DNA of 63,885 nt, filler included, from Octopus bimaculoides (lineage: Eukaryota): assembly GCF_001194135.2 (NCBI RefSeq). It is 7 parts of 7 records of this genome, joined end to end, with 100 filler letters (N's around TTAATTAATTAA, not from the genome) between each part and the next. Parts side by side here need not be neighbours in the genome. Positions count along the whole stretch, not along the records: positions 62,083 to 63,885 come from NW_026340673.1; 6 more parts are not named here. The stretch is one strand, 5' to 3'. The position numbers were made by a program, and so were the translations under genes. A model generated the notes under the pieces. That model did no database searches and had not been told where the DNA came from. It saw only the letters and a list, made by a program, of their open reading frames with translations. Positions 63,220 through 63,885 of this stretch are shown piece by piece; positions within the stretch are counted from its first letter, which is position 1; every line of letters starts with the position of its first letter.

Positions 63220-63885
63220 GGTGTGAGAGAATGGTTAAGGAATAGTTAATTTAGATAATATATGAAATAGAGAGTGAAGTGGAGGAATGAAAACAGACGT
63301 GAGATATGCAGGGATATTGTNNNNNNNNNNNNNNNNNNNNNNNNNNNNNNNNNNNNNNNNNNNNNNNNNNNNNNNNNNNNNNNNNNNNNNNNNNNNNNNN
63401 NNNNNNNNNNNNNNNNNNNNNNNNNNNNNNNNNNNNNNNNNNNNNNNNNNNNNNNNNNNNNNNNNNNNNNNNNNNNNNNNNNNNNNNNNNNNNNNNNNNN
63501 NNNNNNNNNNNNNNNNNNNNNNNNNNNNNNNNNNNNNNNNNNNNTGAGTTAAATACACAAACAACGAGAGAAAAATGGAAAACAGGACAAGTAACACGCA
63601 GAACGACCCTTCATTATTTGTCAGCTGTCTATCTAATCCTCATTTCGAGCATTCAAAGACAATATGAGTCTTCGAAGACAGTTGCTCCCATAAATTCCAA
63701 AATAAAATTTTTGATTTATGGATTGCCAAAGTTGGGAACAAAAACAGAATAGCGGAGACATACAAGGAAACCAAACGAGAACAAACATGGGGGTTCGTTA
63801 GACCAGAACGAGAGGAAAATAGTGAACGCTGGGAGAAATATTCTCTTTGATAAGAGAAAAGATAACATATACATACATGCATGCA

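Overview
AT-rich, gap-ridden eukaryotic genomic DNA, most likely Octopus (inferred from the SINE families, microsatellite load and assembly style; not verified). Six artificial 100-bp spacers (N44-TTAATTAATTAA-N44) split the window into seven blocks whose true adjacency is not guaranteed. Two host genes are visible, both on the + strand: the last three coding exons of a HAUS3-like augmin subunit (5331-7771, plus a candidate 20-nt microexon at 3620-3639) and, about 6.6 kb downstream, coding exon 1 of cyclin-G-associated kinase/auxilin (GAK, 14380-14512). I found no further GAK exon in the sequenced bases. Nearly everything else is repeat: at least four SINE/LINE-tail families, Tc1, mariner and DD37D(maT)-like transposase relics, hAT, Tigger and piggyBac-type MITEs (three with perfect TSDs), an RTE-type RT fragment, a LINE 3' end with two C2H2 fingers, a putative ORF1 with Myb-like and CCCH motifs, a tRNA-Lys(UUU) relic and several foldback palindromes. 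The most notable unannotated signal is a set of roughly ten minimal type I hammerhead-ribozyme motifs of the Penelope-associated kind, from several sequence families. It includes a 310-bp palindrome with an outward-facing hammerhead on each strand and a CUGUUGA core variant. All homology calls are from memory of the families, not from searches. Most ORF-track entries are microsatellite or N-gap artefacts.
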